Shown: piece after piece, positions 1-8,925 of the stretch | Layout: every line of letters starts with the position of its first letter | Numbering within the stretch: the stretch's first letter is position 1 | The notes under the pieces: generated by a model | Databases searched by the model: none | Told to the model about the DNA's origin: nothing | The model's input: the letters and a program-made list of their open reading frames with translations, nothing else | Assembly: GCA_044224875.1 (NCBI GenBank) | Contig: JBGAJQ010000030.1 | Span: 1 to 59,999 of the forward strand | DNA: 59,999 nt | Direction: 5' to 3' | Source of the DNA: Gemmatimonadaceae bacterium | GTDB lineage: Bacteria > Gemmatimonadota > Gemmatimonadetes > Gemmatimonadales > Gemmatimonadaceae | Made by a program: the position numbers and the translations under genes

Positions 1-1415
1 GCACGCCCGTGCGCAACGCGAAAGAGGCCGCTGTCGGCTGACAGCCAGATCGCGTCAGCACTGTCTCGCATGACGCCGTAAATCAAGCCGGGCGACAGGT
101 CGCCCGTCGCAATAGATGTGGAGGGCCCGTCACCCTGAGGAAGGATCACGAGCTTGTTGCCGAACACCACCAGCATCCCGCCAGGCACGGCGGCAATGGC
201 CACGGATCCGGCGTTTCCGGCAGCGACCGCGCGCTCTACGAAGCGGCCGCCCTTCCATTGATACACGCCGCCATTGGCGAGTGCCGTCCACATCGCTCCG
301 CGGTCGTCCTCTCGCACGGCCCAGAGCGATCGGTCGGGAAGACCAGCGTCCACGTTGGTGAACGCGCTGCGTTGGTACCGTTCGAGCCCTAGCGCCGTGC
401 CTACCCACAACTCACCACGCGTGCCCGTGAGGAACGACCAGGTCTCCTCCGCGCTACCCACAAACGTGCGGAGCGACTGGCCGTCCCACATCATCATGCC
501 GCCAGTGGACGTGCCTAACCAGATCGCGCCATCCGGCGTGCGTCCAAGGGTCCACACCGGTCGCTGTTCCCCTCCCGTGCGCGTGGAGACGGTGCGCACG
601 ATCGACGGCGTACCCTGTGCGTCCAGGCCGAGCTGCACGCCCCCCCGCTCCGTCGCAATCCACACGCTCGATCGCCCATCGACCATCACGTCAAAAAATC
701 GCGAGATCCTGGGGAACTGTGTCGTCAGCTTCACCACGCGGCGTCCGTCGCTATACGCCAGAAAGCTGCGGCCCGCCATCCACACCCGGTCGAGTGAGTC
801 GAGCGCCAAGGCATAGGTGAAGGCTTTCGTTTCCTGCACCAGCTCAAATCGGTGGCCGTCGCCAACCAGCACGCCGTCCTCCGTCGCCACCCAGAGTTGA
901 CCGTGCCCGTCTTCCAACACTTCCCACGGGGAGATTTTCGGGTCGCCGAGGTCGACGTGTCGAAAGCCAGTGTCTTCTTTGACCACCAGTCCCCGAGCGG
1001 TGGACACCCACAGTCGTCCGCGGCGATCGACATTGACACCGTTGATCCAGTACCCTGGTAGCGCCTTGGTATTCTCCGGGGTGTAGACCGTGAAGGCGAG
1101 CCCATCGTAGCGAACCAATCCGCGACGCGTCCCCAGCCACAGGTAGCCGTCGGGTGTTTGAGCGACGGCGTTGATTTGCGACTCCGGAAGCCCCTGCTCT
1201 CGGTCAATGCGTCGTCGGAAGTAGGTATCGATGACCGCTGTCGAGCGTGGATGCTGTATCTGTGGCGAGGCCGTCTGCCCGGGTGTACCGATCAAGGCGG
1301 CGAATAGGGCTAAGCGAAGGCGCGTCGCCGCCAACCGTGGAAGTGAGGCGCGTCGTACGGTACCACAGCAAGCCCGACGCGCACACGGATGTTCGTTAGG
1401 CACCGTGCAACCCAT
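1..1415 (-). CDS. Two-component regulator propeller (ligand-binding) sensor protein, N-terminal part; runs off the window
   Basis: Not in the ORF track because it has no stop inside the window. Manual translation gives IDREQGLPESQINAVAQTPDGYLWLGTRRGLVRYDG, a typical Reg_prop repeat. Start uncertain (ATG 1415, GTG 1403 or TTG near 1334). Confidence 0.8.
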   Translation of the reverse strand, partial: MGCTVPNEHPCARRACCGTVRRASLPRLAATRLRLALFAALIGTPGQTASPQIQHPRSTAVIDTYFRRRIDREQGLPESQINAVAQTPDGYLWLGTRRGLVRYDGLAFTVYTPENTKALPGYWINGVNVDRRGRLWVSTARGLVVKEDTGFRHVDLGDPKISPWEVLEDGHGQLWVATEDGVLVGDGHRFELVQETKAFTYALALDSLDRVWMAGRSFLAYSDGRRVVKLTTQFPRISRFFDVMVDGRSSVWIATERGGVQLGLDAQGTPSIVRTVSTRTGGEQRPVWTLGRTPDGAIWLGTSTGGMMMWDGQSLRTFVGSAEETWSFLTGTRGELWVGTALGLERYQRSAFTNVDAGLPDRSLWAVREDDRGAMWTALANGGVYQWKGGRFVERAVAAGNAGSVAIAAVPGGMLVVFGNKLVILPQGDGPSTSIATGDLSPGLIYGVMRDSADAIWLSADSGLFRVAHGR

Positions 1416-1435
1416 GGAGCCCGTTCGCGACGGTG

Positions 1436-1786
1436 TCACGGCAGGGCAGCCAGCTCCGCGACACGAGTGACCGAGCGGTCAATCTCGCGACGCAAGCCCG
1501 CCGCGTGCGTGAGGACGCCGGACTGGGCTTGCGCGAGCAATTGCCTGCACAGCTCCGCCGCCTCTTCAGCTCCAACAGTGGCCGAGGACCCGCGCAACTT
1601 GTGGGCGAGCCGGCGCACGCCTTCCAGGTCTCCCGTCTGGATGGCGCCGTCGATGTCGACGAGGACCCTTCGGCTCGTGTGCACATAGAGGGTCATGAAC
1701 TCCCGTTGGTCCGCCGGATCCGATCCAACGACCTCCTCGAGTTGCGGGAGGTGGAGTACGCGATGCGTAGCCGAGGGGGAGTCCAT
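1436..1786 (-). CDS. Hpt (histidine phosphotransfer) domain protein
   Basis: AHKLRGSSATVGA matches the Hpt HxLKGSS motif; ATG 1786 chosen within ORF 1436..2002. Confidence 0.88.
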   Translation of the reverse strand: MDSPSATHRVLHLPQLEEVVGSDPADQREFMTLYVHTSRRVLVDIDGAIQTGDLEGVRRLAHKLRGSSATVGAEEAAELCRQLLAQAQSGVLTHAAGLRREIDRSVTRVAELAALP

Positions 1787-1919
1787 GCAATGAGTTTCGA
1801 CCGCTCGGTGCCGGGACTGGAACGCGACGGGACGGAGCCGAAGGCCGTGGCATGCGGCGGCCGGAATCCTGTATTGTCTCGCGCGCGTTCTCCGCGCTAC
1901 AGCTGCACCATGCGACAGA

Positions 1920-2155
1920 AACGAAAGAGAGGGGCCCATGGCCGCTCTCTTGAGTCGGGACGGCGGGATTTGACTGACAGCGCAAGCACCGACAGATGCC
2001 ACCGACCCGAACGAAAAGAGAGCGGCCCATGGCCGCTCTCTTGAGTCGGGACGGCGGGATTCGACCGACAGCGCAAGTACCGGCAGATGCCACCGACCCG
2101 AACGAAAAGAGAGCGGCCAATGGCCGCTCTCTTGAGTCGGGACGGCGGGATTTGA
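1920..2155 (-). repeat. tRNA-linked tandem repeat, 91-bp period, about 2.6 copies (tRNA-Pro 3' end plus terminator)
   Basis: TGAGTCGGGACGGCGGGATT occurs at 1951, 2042 and 2133, each next to a copy of the AAGAGAGCGGCC..GGCCGCTCTCTT hairpin (the first copy has a mismatch). Confidence 0.92.
2105..2133 (-). terminator. Intrinsic terminator of tRNA-Pro (duplicated in the repeat units)
   Basis: 13-bp arms AAGAGAGCGGCCA (2107-2119) and TGGCCGCTCTCTT (2121-2133), ending in TTTT on the minus strand. Confidence 0.75.
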
Positions 2156-2210
2156 ACCCGCGACCCCCTGAACCCCATTCAGGTGCGCTACCGGACTGCG
2201 CTACGTCCCG
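2137..2210 (-). tRNA. tRNA-Pro(GGG)
   Basis: CGGGACGTAGCGCAGTCCGGTAGCGCA-CCTGA ATGGGGT TCAGG-GGGTCGCGGGTTCAAATCCCGCCGTCCCGA; CCA not encoded. Confidence 0.96.
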
Positions 2211-2328
2211 TGAAAACCGGAATATCAACCTGCCCTGCGTTGGGTCGCGGAGCGACCCCCAGATTCCAACGTCGGAGCGAAGCGACGACGCGCACGGCTG
2301 AACGGCCACTTCAGTGGGCGTTCGGCCC

Positions 2329-2380
2329 ACCCCATTCAGGTGCGCTACCGGACTGCGCTACGTCCCGTGAAAACCGGAAT
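2329..2380 (-). repeat. 52-bp exact duplicate of the tRNA-Pro leader and 5' half (copy of 2172-2223)
   Basis: ACCCCATTCAGGTGCGCTACCGGACTGCGCTACGTCCCGTGAAAACCGGAAT is present at both 2172 and 2329. Confidence 0.92.
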
Positions 2381-2650
2381 CACCGTTCAGCGCTAAACCT
2401 AACTCGCCAAACAGGCTGCAAGAAGGTCGGGACGCGTCGCACTGGGGGCGACCCTTCCAGATCGGACTGCGGTACCGATTTTCGCGGTTCGGCAGTCGTC
2501 ACGCCCGCGCAGGATCCAAGCTAGTCGCGCAGACGCTACCTGATTCGAAGTGGCGAGGTACCGCGCACTCCAGTGTTTATCGACAGCCCGCTGGCAACAG
2601 ACGCGACCGCGGTCACGGGTCAGCGAGGCTGTCGGCTGAGACAACCGCTC

Positions 2651-2860
2651 CTACAAGACCGCCCTTCGTACAGAATCGCCGGCCGCGTCGAGCGCGTCTA
2701 GGACGGCGTTCACGGCTTCCACCGCCGCGGCTCGAAGGTCGAGCGGGCCCGGCGTCTGCACCGGCGCGCGCTGCACGGGCCATTGCATCCTGTGCGACGA
2801 CTGCACGACGGGCATCAGACGAGCGGTTGTCCCAGCGTGGTGACGGAATTGGTAGCTCAT
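2651..2860 (-). CDS. Small hypothetical protein (69 aa)
   Basis: ATG at 2860 within ORF 2651..2932; amphipathic C-terminal helix; fills the gap downstream of the membrane-protein gene. Confidence 0.45.
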   Translation of the reverse strand: MSYQFRHHAGTTARLMPVVQSSHRMQWPVQRAPVQTPGPLDLRAAAVEAVNAVLDALDAAGDSVRRAVL

Positions 2861-2912
2861 GGATGAGGATGGTGTGGGAGGAGTGCTTCGCGTTCCGGAG
2901 TGTTGCAGCACG

Positions 2913-3248
2913 CTAGCGAATTGCTGCACCACTTCCCCCTTTGGCTCGGTTCACCAACCACGCGATCACAAAGATCGGCAGCGCGATGAAGAGCGCGATC
3001 TTGAGCACTGCGATCCCCAACCCCACCAAGGCGCCGAGTAGCCCGAACACCAGCCCCAGCACGACGGCGACGAGTACGAATACGACGAAAATCGGCAAGC
3101 CCACGACAAACAGAAGGGCCAGTACGGGCAGCGCAACCACACCGAGCACGGCGATGACGGGCAGGCCGATGATGGCCAGCAGCCCAGCGAGGGGGAGCAA
3201 CACGAACATCGCCAACAGCGAGAAGAACAGGAACTTGATCAGCGACAT
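2913..3248 (-). CDS. Small highly hydrophobic membrane protein
   Basis: MSLIKFLFFSLLAMFVLLP... almost entirely hydrophobic; GGAG upstream of ATG 3248. Confidence 0.8.
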   Translation of the reverse strand: MSLIKFLFFSLLAMFVLLPLAGLLAIIGLPVIAVLGVVALPVLALLFVVGLPIFVVFVLVAVVLGLVFGLLGALVGLGIAVLKIALFIALPIFVIAWLVNRAKGGSGAAIR

Positions 3249-3362
3249 TTCAGCTCTCCGAAGTGCCGCGCGCGACATGCGCTCGGCTGGAGAAAATTAC
3301 GCACCGCGCGCCGGTGAGTTTCAATGAGCGAGGGCGGGCGCGATCGCAAGGAGACGCGCAGG

Positions 3363-3794
3363 TTACCGTGTGGTCGCCGCGGACTTCCCGCTCCGCCTCG
3401 CCAACTCTCCCGGGCGTACCGCAACGGAGGGAAAGCTCCGCAACACCTGACGGTCGAACGTCGCTAGTGGGCAAGCCAACTCCTCCGCAACCGCCACGTA
3501 TTCGCAGTCGTAGCTCGAACACCCGGACGACGCCACCAGCTCGAACACACGCTGCGCGTCCGGCTCGAACGTCACCGCCTCCAGGCCCTCGACGGCGAGA
3601 TTGAGCAGCTCCAACGCCTCAGCCGGTGTTTGGCGCCCGGCACGCACCAGCTTCCCCAGCACGCTCCGTAACTCCGAGACAACGAGCGGCGGCGAGACCC
3701 ATCGAGCGTCCGCGCGTAGGAGCTGTGCCACCTCCTCCGAGCCCTCCCCCGGGAGCACCAACGCGACGACGGCGTTGGCGTCGGCGACGATCAC
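3363..3794 (-). CDS. vapC: PIN-domain VapC-family toxin
   Basis: IVADANAVV...SE...SSYDCEYVAVA...LATFD acidic PIN motifs; GTG start overlaps the antitoxin stop. Confidence 0.9.
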   Translation of the reverse strand: MIVADANAVVALVLPGEGSEEVAQLLRADARWVSPPLVVSELRSVLGKLVRAGRQTPAEALELLNLAVEGLEAVTFEPDAQRVFELVASSGCSSYDCEYVAVAEELACPLATFDRQVLRSFPSVAVRPGELARRSGKSAATTR

Positions 3795-4042
3795 TCTCGC
3801 CCCCAACGCTTCGCCTCGTCCACGTCGGCGACATCCATGACGATCCCGCGCGCGCGCAGGCGCTCGCGCGCACTACGCGCCCGATCCAAGAAACCCTCGA
3901 TCTGACGAGGACGTCGGCTGGCCAGCGCTTCGCGCAGGCACTCGATGACTTCGCTGTTCATGCTTCTCCCTCGATCGGTTGCGCTGAGCTTGAGCTTCTG
4001 GTAGAGGTCATCCGGAACGTTCCGAATGGTGAGAATGGGCAT
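3791..4042 (-). CDS. FitA/Arc-like ribbon-helix-helix antitoxin
   Basis: MPILTIRNVPDDLYQKLKLSA...RSMNSEVIECL is a typical RHH fold; lies directly upstream of the PIN gene. Confidence 0.9.
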   Translation of the reverse strand: MPILTIRNVPDDLYQKLKLSATDRGRSMNSEVIECLREALASRRPRQIEGFLDRARSARERLRARGIVMDVADVDEAKRWGRE

Positions 4043-4064
4043 GCCGCCGCTCACTGGTGCTGGA

Positions 4065-4101
4065 ATGACTGCATTATGCAGTCCAATTGCAGTCATGTCA
4101 A
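4065..4101 (-). promoter_or_regulatory. Sigma70 promoter of the TA operon with overlapping palindromic operator
   Basis: TTGACA (4101-4096), 17-nt spacer, CATAAT (4078-4073). Palindrome GACTGCAT-T-ATGCAGTC at 4067-4083 and inverted repeat ATGACTGCA/TGCAGTCAT at 4065-4073 and 4088-4096. Confidence 0.8.
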
Positions 4102-4221
4102 GACCCTCCGGCTGCGATCGTCGAAGTCGCACGAGGCTAACACTTTCCGCGTTTGGCCCTAGATGCATCATCGTTTCATCGTGAGTCGGACCATCCTGTT
4201 GCACGCACCTACTATTTCGGC

Positions 4222-5244
4222 ATGACCGCATCGCTCAACGTGGCTTTGATCGGGTACGGTTACGCCGGTCGTGTCTTTCACGCTCCGCTCATAACGGCCA
4301 GCCGAGGTCTTAACCTCGCGCGCGTCACATCCAGCCGGCCGGGCGACGTGATGGCAAACCTGCCCCACGTCCGCGTCTCGTCGAGCCTGACGGAGACATT
4401 GGACGACGCGACCATTGACCTGGTCGTGATCGCGACACCCAACGCCATGCACGCGACACAAGCGCACGCCGCGCTGGACGCCGGGAAGCATGTGGTTGTG
4501 GACAAGCCCTTCACGGTGACCGTGGAAGAAGCCGAGTCGGTCGGCGCACATGCCGAACGCGCCGGACGCGTCCTCTCGGTCTTTCACAACCGGCGTTGGG
4601 ACAGCGACTTCCTCACCCTTCGATCGCTGCTCGAAAGTGGCACGTTAGGCGAGGTGCGCTACTTCGAGAGTCGGTTCGATCGCTTTCGCCCGGTGGTGCG
4701 TGACCGATGGCGAGAGCGCAGCGGTCCGGGCGCGGGTCTCTGGTACGACCTCGGACCACACCTCATCGACCAGGCGTTGCAGCTCTTTGGTGCGCCGCAG
4801 GGGATCGAGGTCGATCGCGCCATCCTGCGCGAAGGCGCCGAAGTGGATGACTACTTTCACGCAACGCTACGATATGCGCACCGGCGCGTCGTGCTCCACG
4901 CCACGATGCTGGCCGCGGCGCACGACACACGGTTCGTGGTCCACGGCACGCGTGGAAGCTACACCAAGTCCGGGTTGGACACGCAGGCGGAGGCGCTCAA
5001 GATCGGACGAACGCCGGGCGATGCAACCTGGGGCCACGACCCTCGTGACGGAGTCCTGACCGTGGTCGATGGCAGCGAGGCCATCGCCCGTACGGTACCT
5101 AACGAGCGTGGCAGCTATCTCCGCTACTACGAAGGCGTACGGGATGCGATCCAACTCGGGGCGTCGAATCCAGTGGGCTGGCGTGACGGCCTCGCCGTGA
5201 TGCGCCTGCTGGAAGGGATGGCCGGCTCGAACGCTTCCCCTTAG
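4222..5244 (+). CDS. Gfo/Idh/MocA family oxidoreductase (YdgJ-like)
   Basis: [11 protein letters not shown]ossmann motif, [30 protein letters not shown]. Confidence 0.92.
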   Translation: MTASLNVALIGYGYAGRVFHAPLITASRGLNLARVTSSRPGDVMANLPHVRVSSSLTETLDDATIDLVVIATPNAMHATQAHAALDAGKHVVVDKPFTVTVEEAESVGAHAERAGRVLSVFHNRRWDSDFLTLRSLLESGTLGEVRYFESRFDRFRPVVRDRWRERSGPGAGLWYDLGPHLIDQALQLFGAPQGIEVDRAILREGAEVDDYFHATLRYAHRRVVLHATMLAAAHDTRFVVHGTRGSYTKSGLDTQAEALKIGRTPGDATWGHDPRDGVLTVVDGSEAIARTVPNERGSYLRYYEGVRDAIQLGASNPVGWRDGLAVMRLLEGMAGSNASP

Positions 5245-7292
5245 AACTCGAACGCCTCACTTCCCACCTCGCTCAGTGAGGGGGGATGCTGGCGGCGCGC
5301 GCCTAACGGGCGAAGCTCCGGACGCGGCGCGGCCGGTGGAAGGGATGGCGTCGGCGCGGCGTGCGCCGTGGCTCGCGGTACGCTGTCGCCGAGCCGGAAT
5401 TCAGCGACGAGTTCGGCCAGCAGCTGCGATTGGGCGCCGAGGCTCTGCGCGGTACGCTCGGATTCATCGGCCGAGGCCGCGACTTCTTGCGTCCGCCGCG
5501 ACATGGTGTCCAACGTGCGATCAATGATCTCCACACCGCGTGCTTGCTCCCCACTCGCGCCGGCAATCTCGGTCACGACCTGACCCACGCGATTCACTCG
5601 CTGGTCAATTTCGGCGAGTCTCGCCAATACCTGGTTGTTGATCGCCACCCCTGCCTCGGTACTCTTGACACTTTCCTCGATCAGCTGGGCGGACGTCCTA
5701 GCCGCCTCCGCCGAGCGCATGGCAAGGTTGCGTACCTCGTCGGCCACAACCGCGAAACCACGACCACTGTCTCCGGCGCGCGCAGCCTCAACCGCCGCGT
5801 TCAGCGCCAACAGGTTGGTCTGGAACGCGATCTCATCGATAGTCTTGACGATTTTCGCTGTGTCCTCTGCCGACGTCCGGATGCGGGCGATGGCGGCCGC
5901 AAGGCGCTGCACCTCTTCCACGCCCTCGGCGGTGCTGGCACGCGCCGCGTCGGCGAGCGCGCGACCCTCCACGGCGTTCGACGCGTTGCGCTTGGTCATG
6001 ATCGCCATCTCGCGGGTGCTGCCGGCGACCTCCTCGAGTGCGGCGGCCTGGTCGGCTGCACCAGAGGCCAGTTCCCGACTCGCCGCCCCGATCTCCTCCG
6101 AGCTGACGGCCACCGCCTGCGCTGAGGTCGCGACTGCGCTCAGCGCCCCCGCCAGGTTGTCGAGTGCCTCATTCAGTGCACGCTGAATCGTGGCGTGATC
6201 ACCTTCGTAACGGCCCTTCACGCGCGCCGTGAGGTCGCGCTGTGCAAGCTGGTCCAGCACCTGCGAGGCCTCATACACGGGAGCGAGCAAGGCATTCAAG
6301 GTGTCGTTGATGCCAGTGACGGCGTCCCGGAAGCTCCCTTCGAAGCGAGCGGGTTCCCCGCGCTCCAGCAACTGACCGCGCTGTCCGGCGTGGGCCAGAC
6401 GTCGAGTCTCTTCCACGAGGGTCACGATCGTAGACCGCGCCTGGTCAAAGGCGGCGACGGTGTCCCGTGACTGTCCAACGATGGCGTTCACACCGCGCGT
6501 TAGGCGGCCGAGTTCGTCGTCGGAACTGTCACGCATCTGCTCGACGTTCACCTGCACGCGGTGCGACAGGTCGCCTCGCGCCATCCCGGCCATGGCCTGG
6601 CCGAGGGAGAGGATGCATTGTTGATGTAGCTGGTCGACACGCTGGGCCGCCTCGCGAATGTGCATGGTGACGCGACGTCCGACGTAGCCGTTCAAGCCGA
6701 GTGAGAGCGAGACGAATGCAAGAAGCGCCACAAGCGAGATCACGCGACTATTCGCGTACACAGATGCCGCACGCGACTGCACGTCCTTCACGTCGCGCAT
6801 GATATGCTCGCCCAGACGATCGTTCAGCTCAAGCAGGTGTTGGTACTGGCGTTCGAGGTCGTCCAATCGTGCGGTGGCCGTGGCGGGATCCTTGAAGGCT
6901 TCCTCGACGACCCGCGTGGCCGACGTGCTGTATGTGCGCGCCGCGGCCACCATGGCCTTGAGGTCGGTGTCGACGACGAGCGGGTTGGTGCGCGCCAGGG
7001 AGTCGACGTCTTCCTTGAACCGCGCGATGTGATCGGCGATGGCTTCACGAAAGCGTGGTTCCGCGGCGAGGTCTTGCGTGCGCGCCGCGAGGACCGCCCC
7101 ATAGGCGTCGCCGCGAATGGCATCGTGCATCATGTCGGCGTCCATCTGGGCCCGTTGGATCTCTCCGTACAGGGAGATGTCCTTGTTCGCCTGGGTGACG
7201 CGATGGAGGCCCCAATAGTTAATGGCACCCACACTGAGGGTGCCTAACGCGGCCAGCATCGCGAGACTCATCAGCTTCCCACGCAACGACAT
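5241..7292 (-). CDS. Methyl-accepting chemotaxis protein
   Basis: Two TM segments, HAMP domains and the signalling hairpin [37 protein letters not shown]. Confidence 0.95.
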   Translation of the reverse strand: MSLRGKLMSLAMLAALGTLSVGAINYWGLHRVTQANKDISLYGEIQRAQMDADMMHDAIRGDAYGAVLAARTQDLAAEPRFREAIADHIARFKEDVDSLARTNPLVVDTDLKAMVAAARTYSTSATRVVEEAFKDPATATARLDDLERQYQHLLELNDRLGEHIMRDVKDVQSRAASVYANSRVISLVALLAFVSLSLGLNGYVGRRVTMHIREAAQRVDQLHQQCILSLGQAMAGMARGDLSHRVQVNVEQMRDSSDDELGRLTRGVNAIVGQSRDTVAAFDQARSTIVTLVEETRRLAHAGQRGQLLERGEPARFEGSFRDAVTGINDTLNALLAPVYEASQVLDQLAQRDLTARVKGRYEGDHATIQRALNEALDNLAGALSAVATSAQAVAVSSEEIGAASRELASGAADQAAALEEVAGSTREMAIMTKRNASNAVEGRALADAARASTAEGVEEVQRLAAAIARIRTSAEDTAKIVKTIDEIAFQTNLLALNAAVEAARAGDSGRGFAVVADEVRNLAMRSAEAARTSAQLIEESVKSTEAGVAINNQVLARLAEIDQRVNRVGQVVTEIAGASGEQARGVEIIDRTLDTMSRRTQEVAASADESERTAQSLGAQSQLLAELVAEFRLGDSVPRATAHAAPTPSLPPAAPRPELRPLGARRQHPPSLSEVGSEAFEF

Positions 7293-7456
7293 AGCAACCA
7301 TCAGCTCAAAGAGTGTCAGAGGGCAAAGACGCCGAGCAACGTCGGCGCAGCGGAGTACGTCGGCACGCCTCATCGACGGCGTGTCGGGGGCGCCTGCTCT
7401 TATTAGCGTCGGCCAAGACGCGGGCCTCCTAAAGCGCGATCCGCCAACCCGCTACG

Positions 7457-7840
7457 TCAAACGGACACCCGCGCTGACGTAATGCGCTGGACAACCTCCT
7501 CCAGTGCGGGCAGCTCGAAGGGTTTGTCGAGCACCGCGCACGGCGTGTTGACCAGGAACTCACAGACACCGTCATGGAGACGGTCTCCCGTCGTGAAGAC
7601 GAGTTTGGGAATTACCTGCGGGCGGTAGGTCGCCAGCCACTCGTAGAGTTCCGGGCCACTGAGTTCCGGCATGCGGACATCGCAGACGACCAGGTCAAAC
7701 GCACCAGACGCCGACGACGACAACCACAGGCGGGCCTGGTCTCCGTTGCCGGCCTCCGACACCTCGAACCCACGACGTGTGAACCACCGATTGAGGACGC
7801 GGCGCACCGAATCCTCGTCGTCCACGATCAACACGCGCAT
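7457..7840 (-). CDS. Stand-alone response regulator receiver
   Basis: RVLIVDDE...DLVVCDVRMPELSG...FTTG...LDKPF; start may be further upstream (7900/7903). Confidence 0.9.
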   Translation of the reverse strand: MRVLIVDDEDSVRRVLNRWFTRRGFEVSEAGNGDQARLWLSSSASGAFDLVVCDVRMPELSGPELYEWLATYRPQVIPKLVFTTGDRLHDGVCEFLVNTPCAVLDKPFELPALEEVVQRITSARVSV

Positions 7841-8048
7841 GGAGGGCGTGCGATGTGGCGCTGGGGGTGTAGGCTCTGCTCCGAGGGGTAGACGCGACAT
7901 CAACGGCGTGGTCGTCAGGTGAGCGGGCAGACACCCGCGCGCTACGTGCCATCACCCTTGGTATCGGCAGGGGCACTTCCATACTGAAGCGCCGGACCCG
8001 TTCGGGCCCGGCGCTTCGAGTTTCCCTCACCTGCAAAGCAACTTTCCC

Positions 8049-8906
8049 TTACGCCATGCGATGCATGCGAGCCTGCAGCTGCTCGCGATAGGTGCGCGAC
8101 AGCTTGAGCTGACGGCCGTCGCGCAGGATGACGATGTAGTCGCCCGCGAACCACGGTTGCAGCTCACGGATGCGATCGAGATTGACGATCACGGCCCGGT
8201 GAATGCGAGCGAATTCGTTGGGATCGAGTTGAGCTTCAATCCCGTGCATGGTTTCGCGAATCAGGTGCGATGCCCGGCCGACATACACCCGCACGTAGTT
8301 GCCCGACGCCTCGAACCAGTCGACATCCGCGACCTTCACGAAAAAGACGCGTCCGTCGTGCTTCACCATCAATCGGTCGAGGTATCGTGTGCGCGCGGGC
8401 GCCGCGGCGGGGGCCGTGGCAACAGCCGTCGCCCCACCACCGCCCGCCGCCCCAGCCGCCACCAAGGCGCCGGTCTTGGCCTCACCGAGCACTTGTTCGA
8501 GCAGCGACGTGATGCGACGCCCGGCTTCGGCGCTGCTCAACTGCTCCATGTGCTGCCGTGCACGCGCAAAGGCCGCCCGGAACCGATCGGGATCGAACGG
8601 TTTGAGGAGATAGTCCATGGCATGGACGTCGAACGCGCGGACGGCATACTCGTCATAGGCCGTGATGAACACGATGGCGGGCAGCTTCTCCTCGCCTAAC
8701 GCCGCGACCACACCAAAGCCATCGAGGTCGGGCATCTGCACGTCCAGGAACACGAGGTCGGGATTGTGTTCGCGGATCGCCGCCACCGCCTCCTGGCCCC
8801 CCGCGCACTCACCGACCACTTCCACCTCGTCTTCCATGCGCAGCAAGCGTCGGACCCGGCGACGGGCAATCGGCTCGTCATCCACAATCAACACTTTCAT
8901 GGTCAT
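8049..8906 (-). CDS. LytTR-family response regulator
   Basis: Receiver (LVFLDVQMP, DYLLKPF) plus LytTR domain (EASGNYV, FARIHRAVIVN, LSRTY); GGAGGAG RBS. Confidence 0.95.
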   Translation of the reverse strand: MTMKVLIVDDEPIARRRVRRLLRMEDEVEVVGECAGGQEAVAAIREHNPDLVFLDVQMPDLDGFGVVAALGEEKLPAIVFITAYDEYAVRAFDVHAMDYLLKPFDPDRFRAAFARARQHMEQLSSAEAGRRITSLLEQVLGEAKTGALVAAGAAGGGGATAVATAPAAAPARTRYLDRLMVKHDGRVFFVKVADVDWFEASGNYVRVYVGRASHLIRETMHGIEAQLDPNEFARIHRAVIVNLDRIRELQPWFAGDYIVILRDGRQLKLSRTYREQLQARMHRMA

Positions 8907-8925
8907 AGGCTCCTCCGGTGAACGG

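Noticed and set aside
1920..2155. CRISPR array
   Set aside because: The intervening sequences are near-identical rather than unique, the repeat derives from tRNA-Pro and its terminator, and no cas genes are present.
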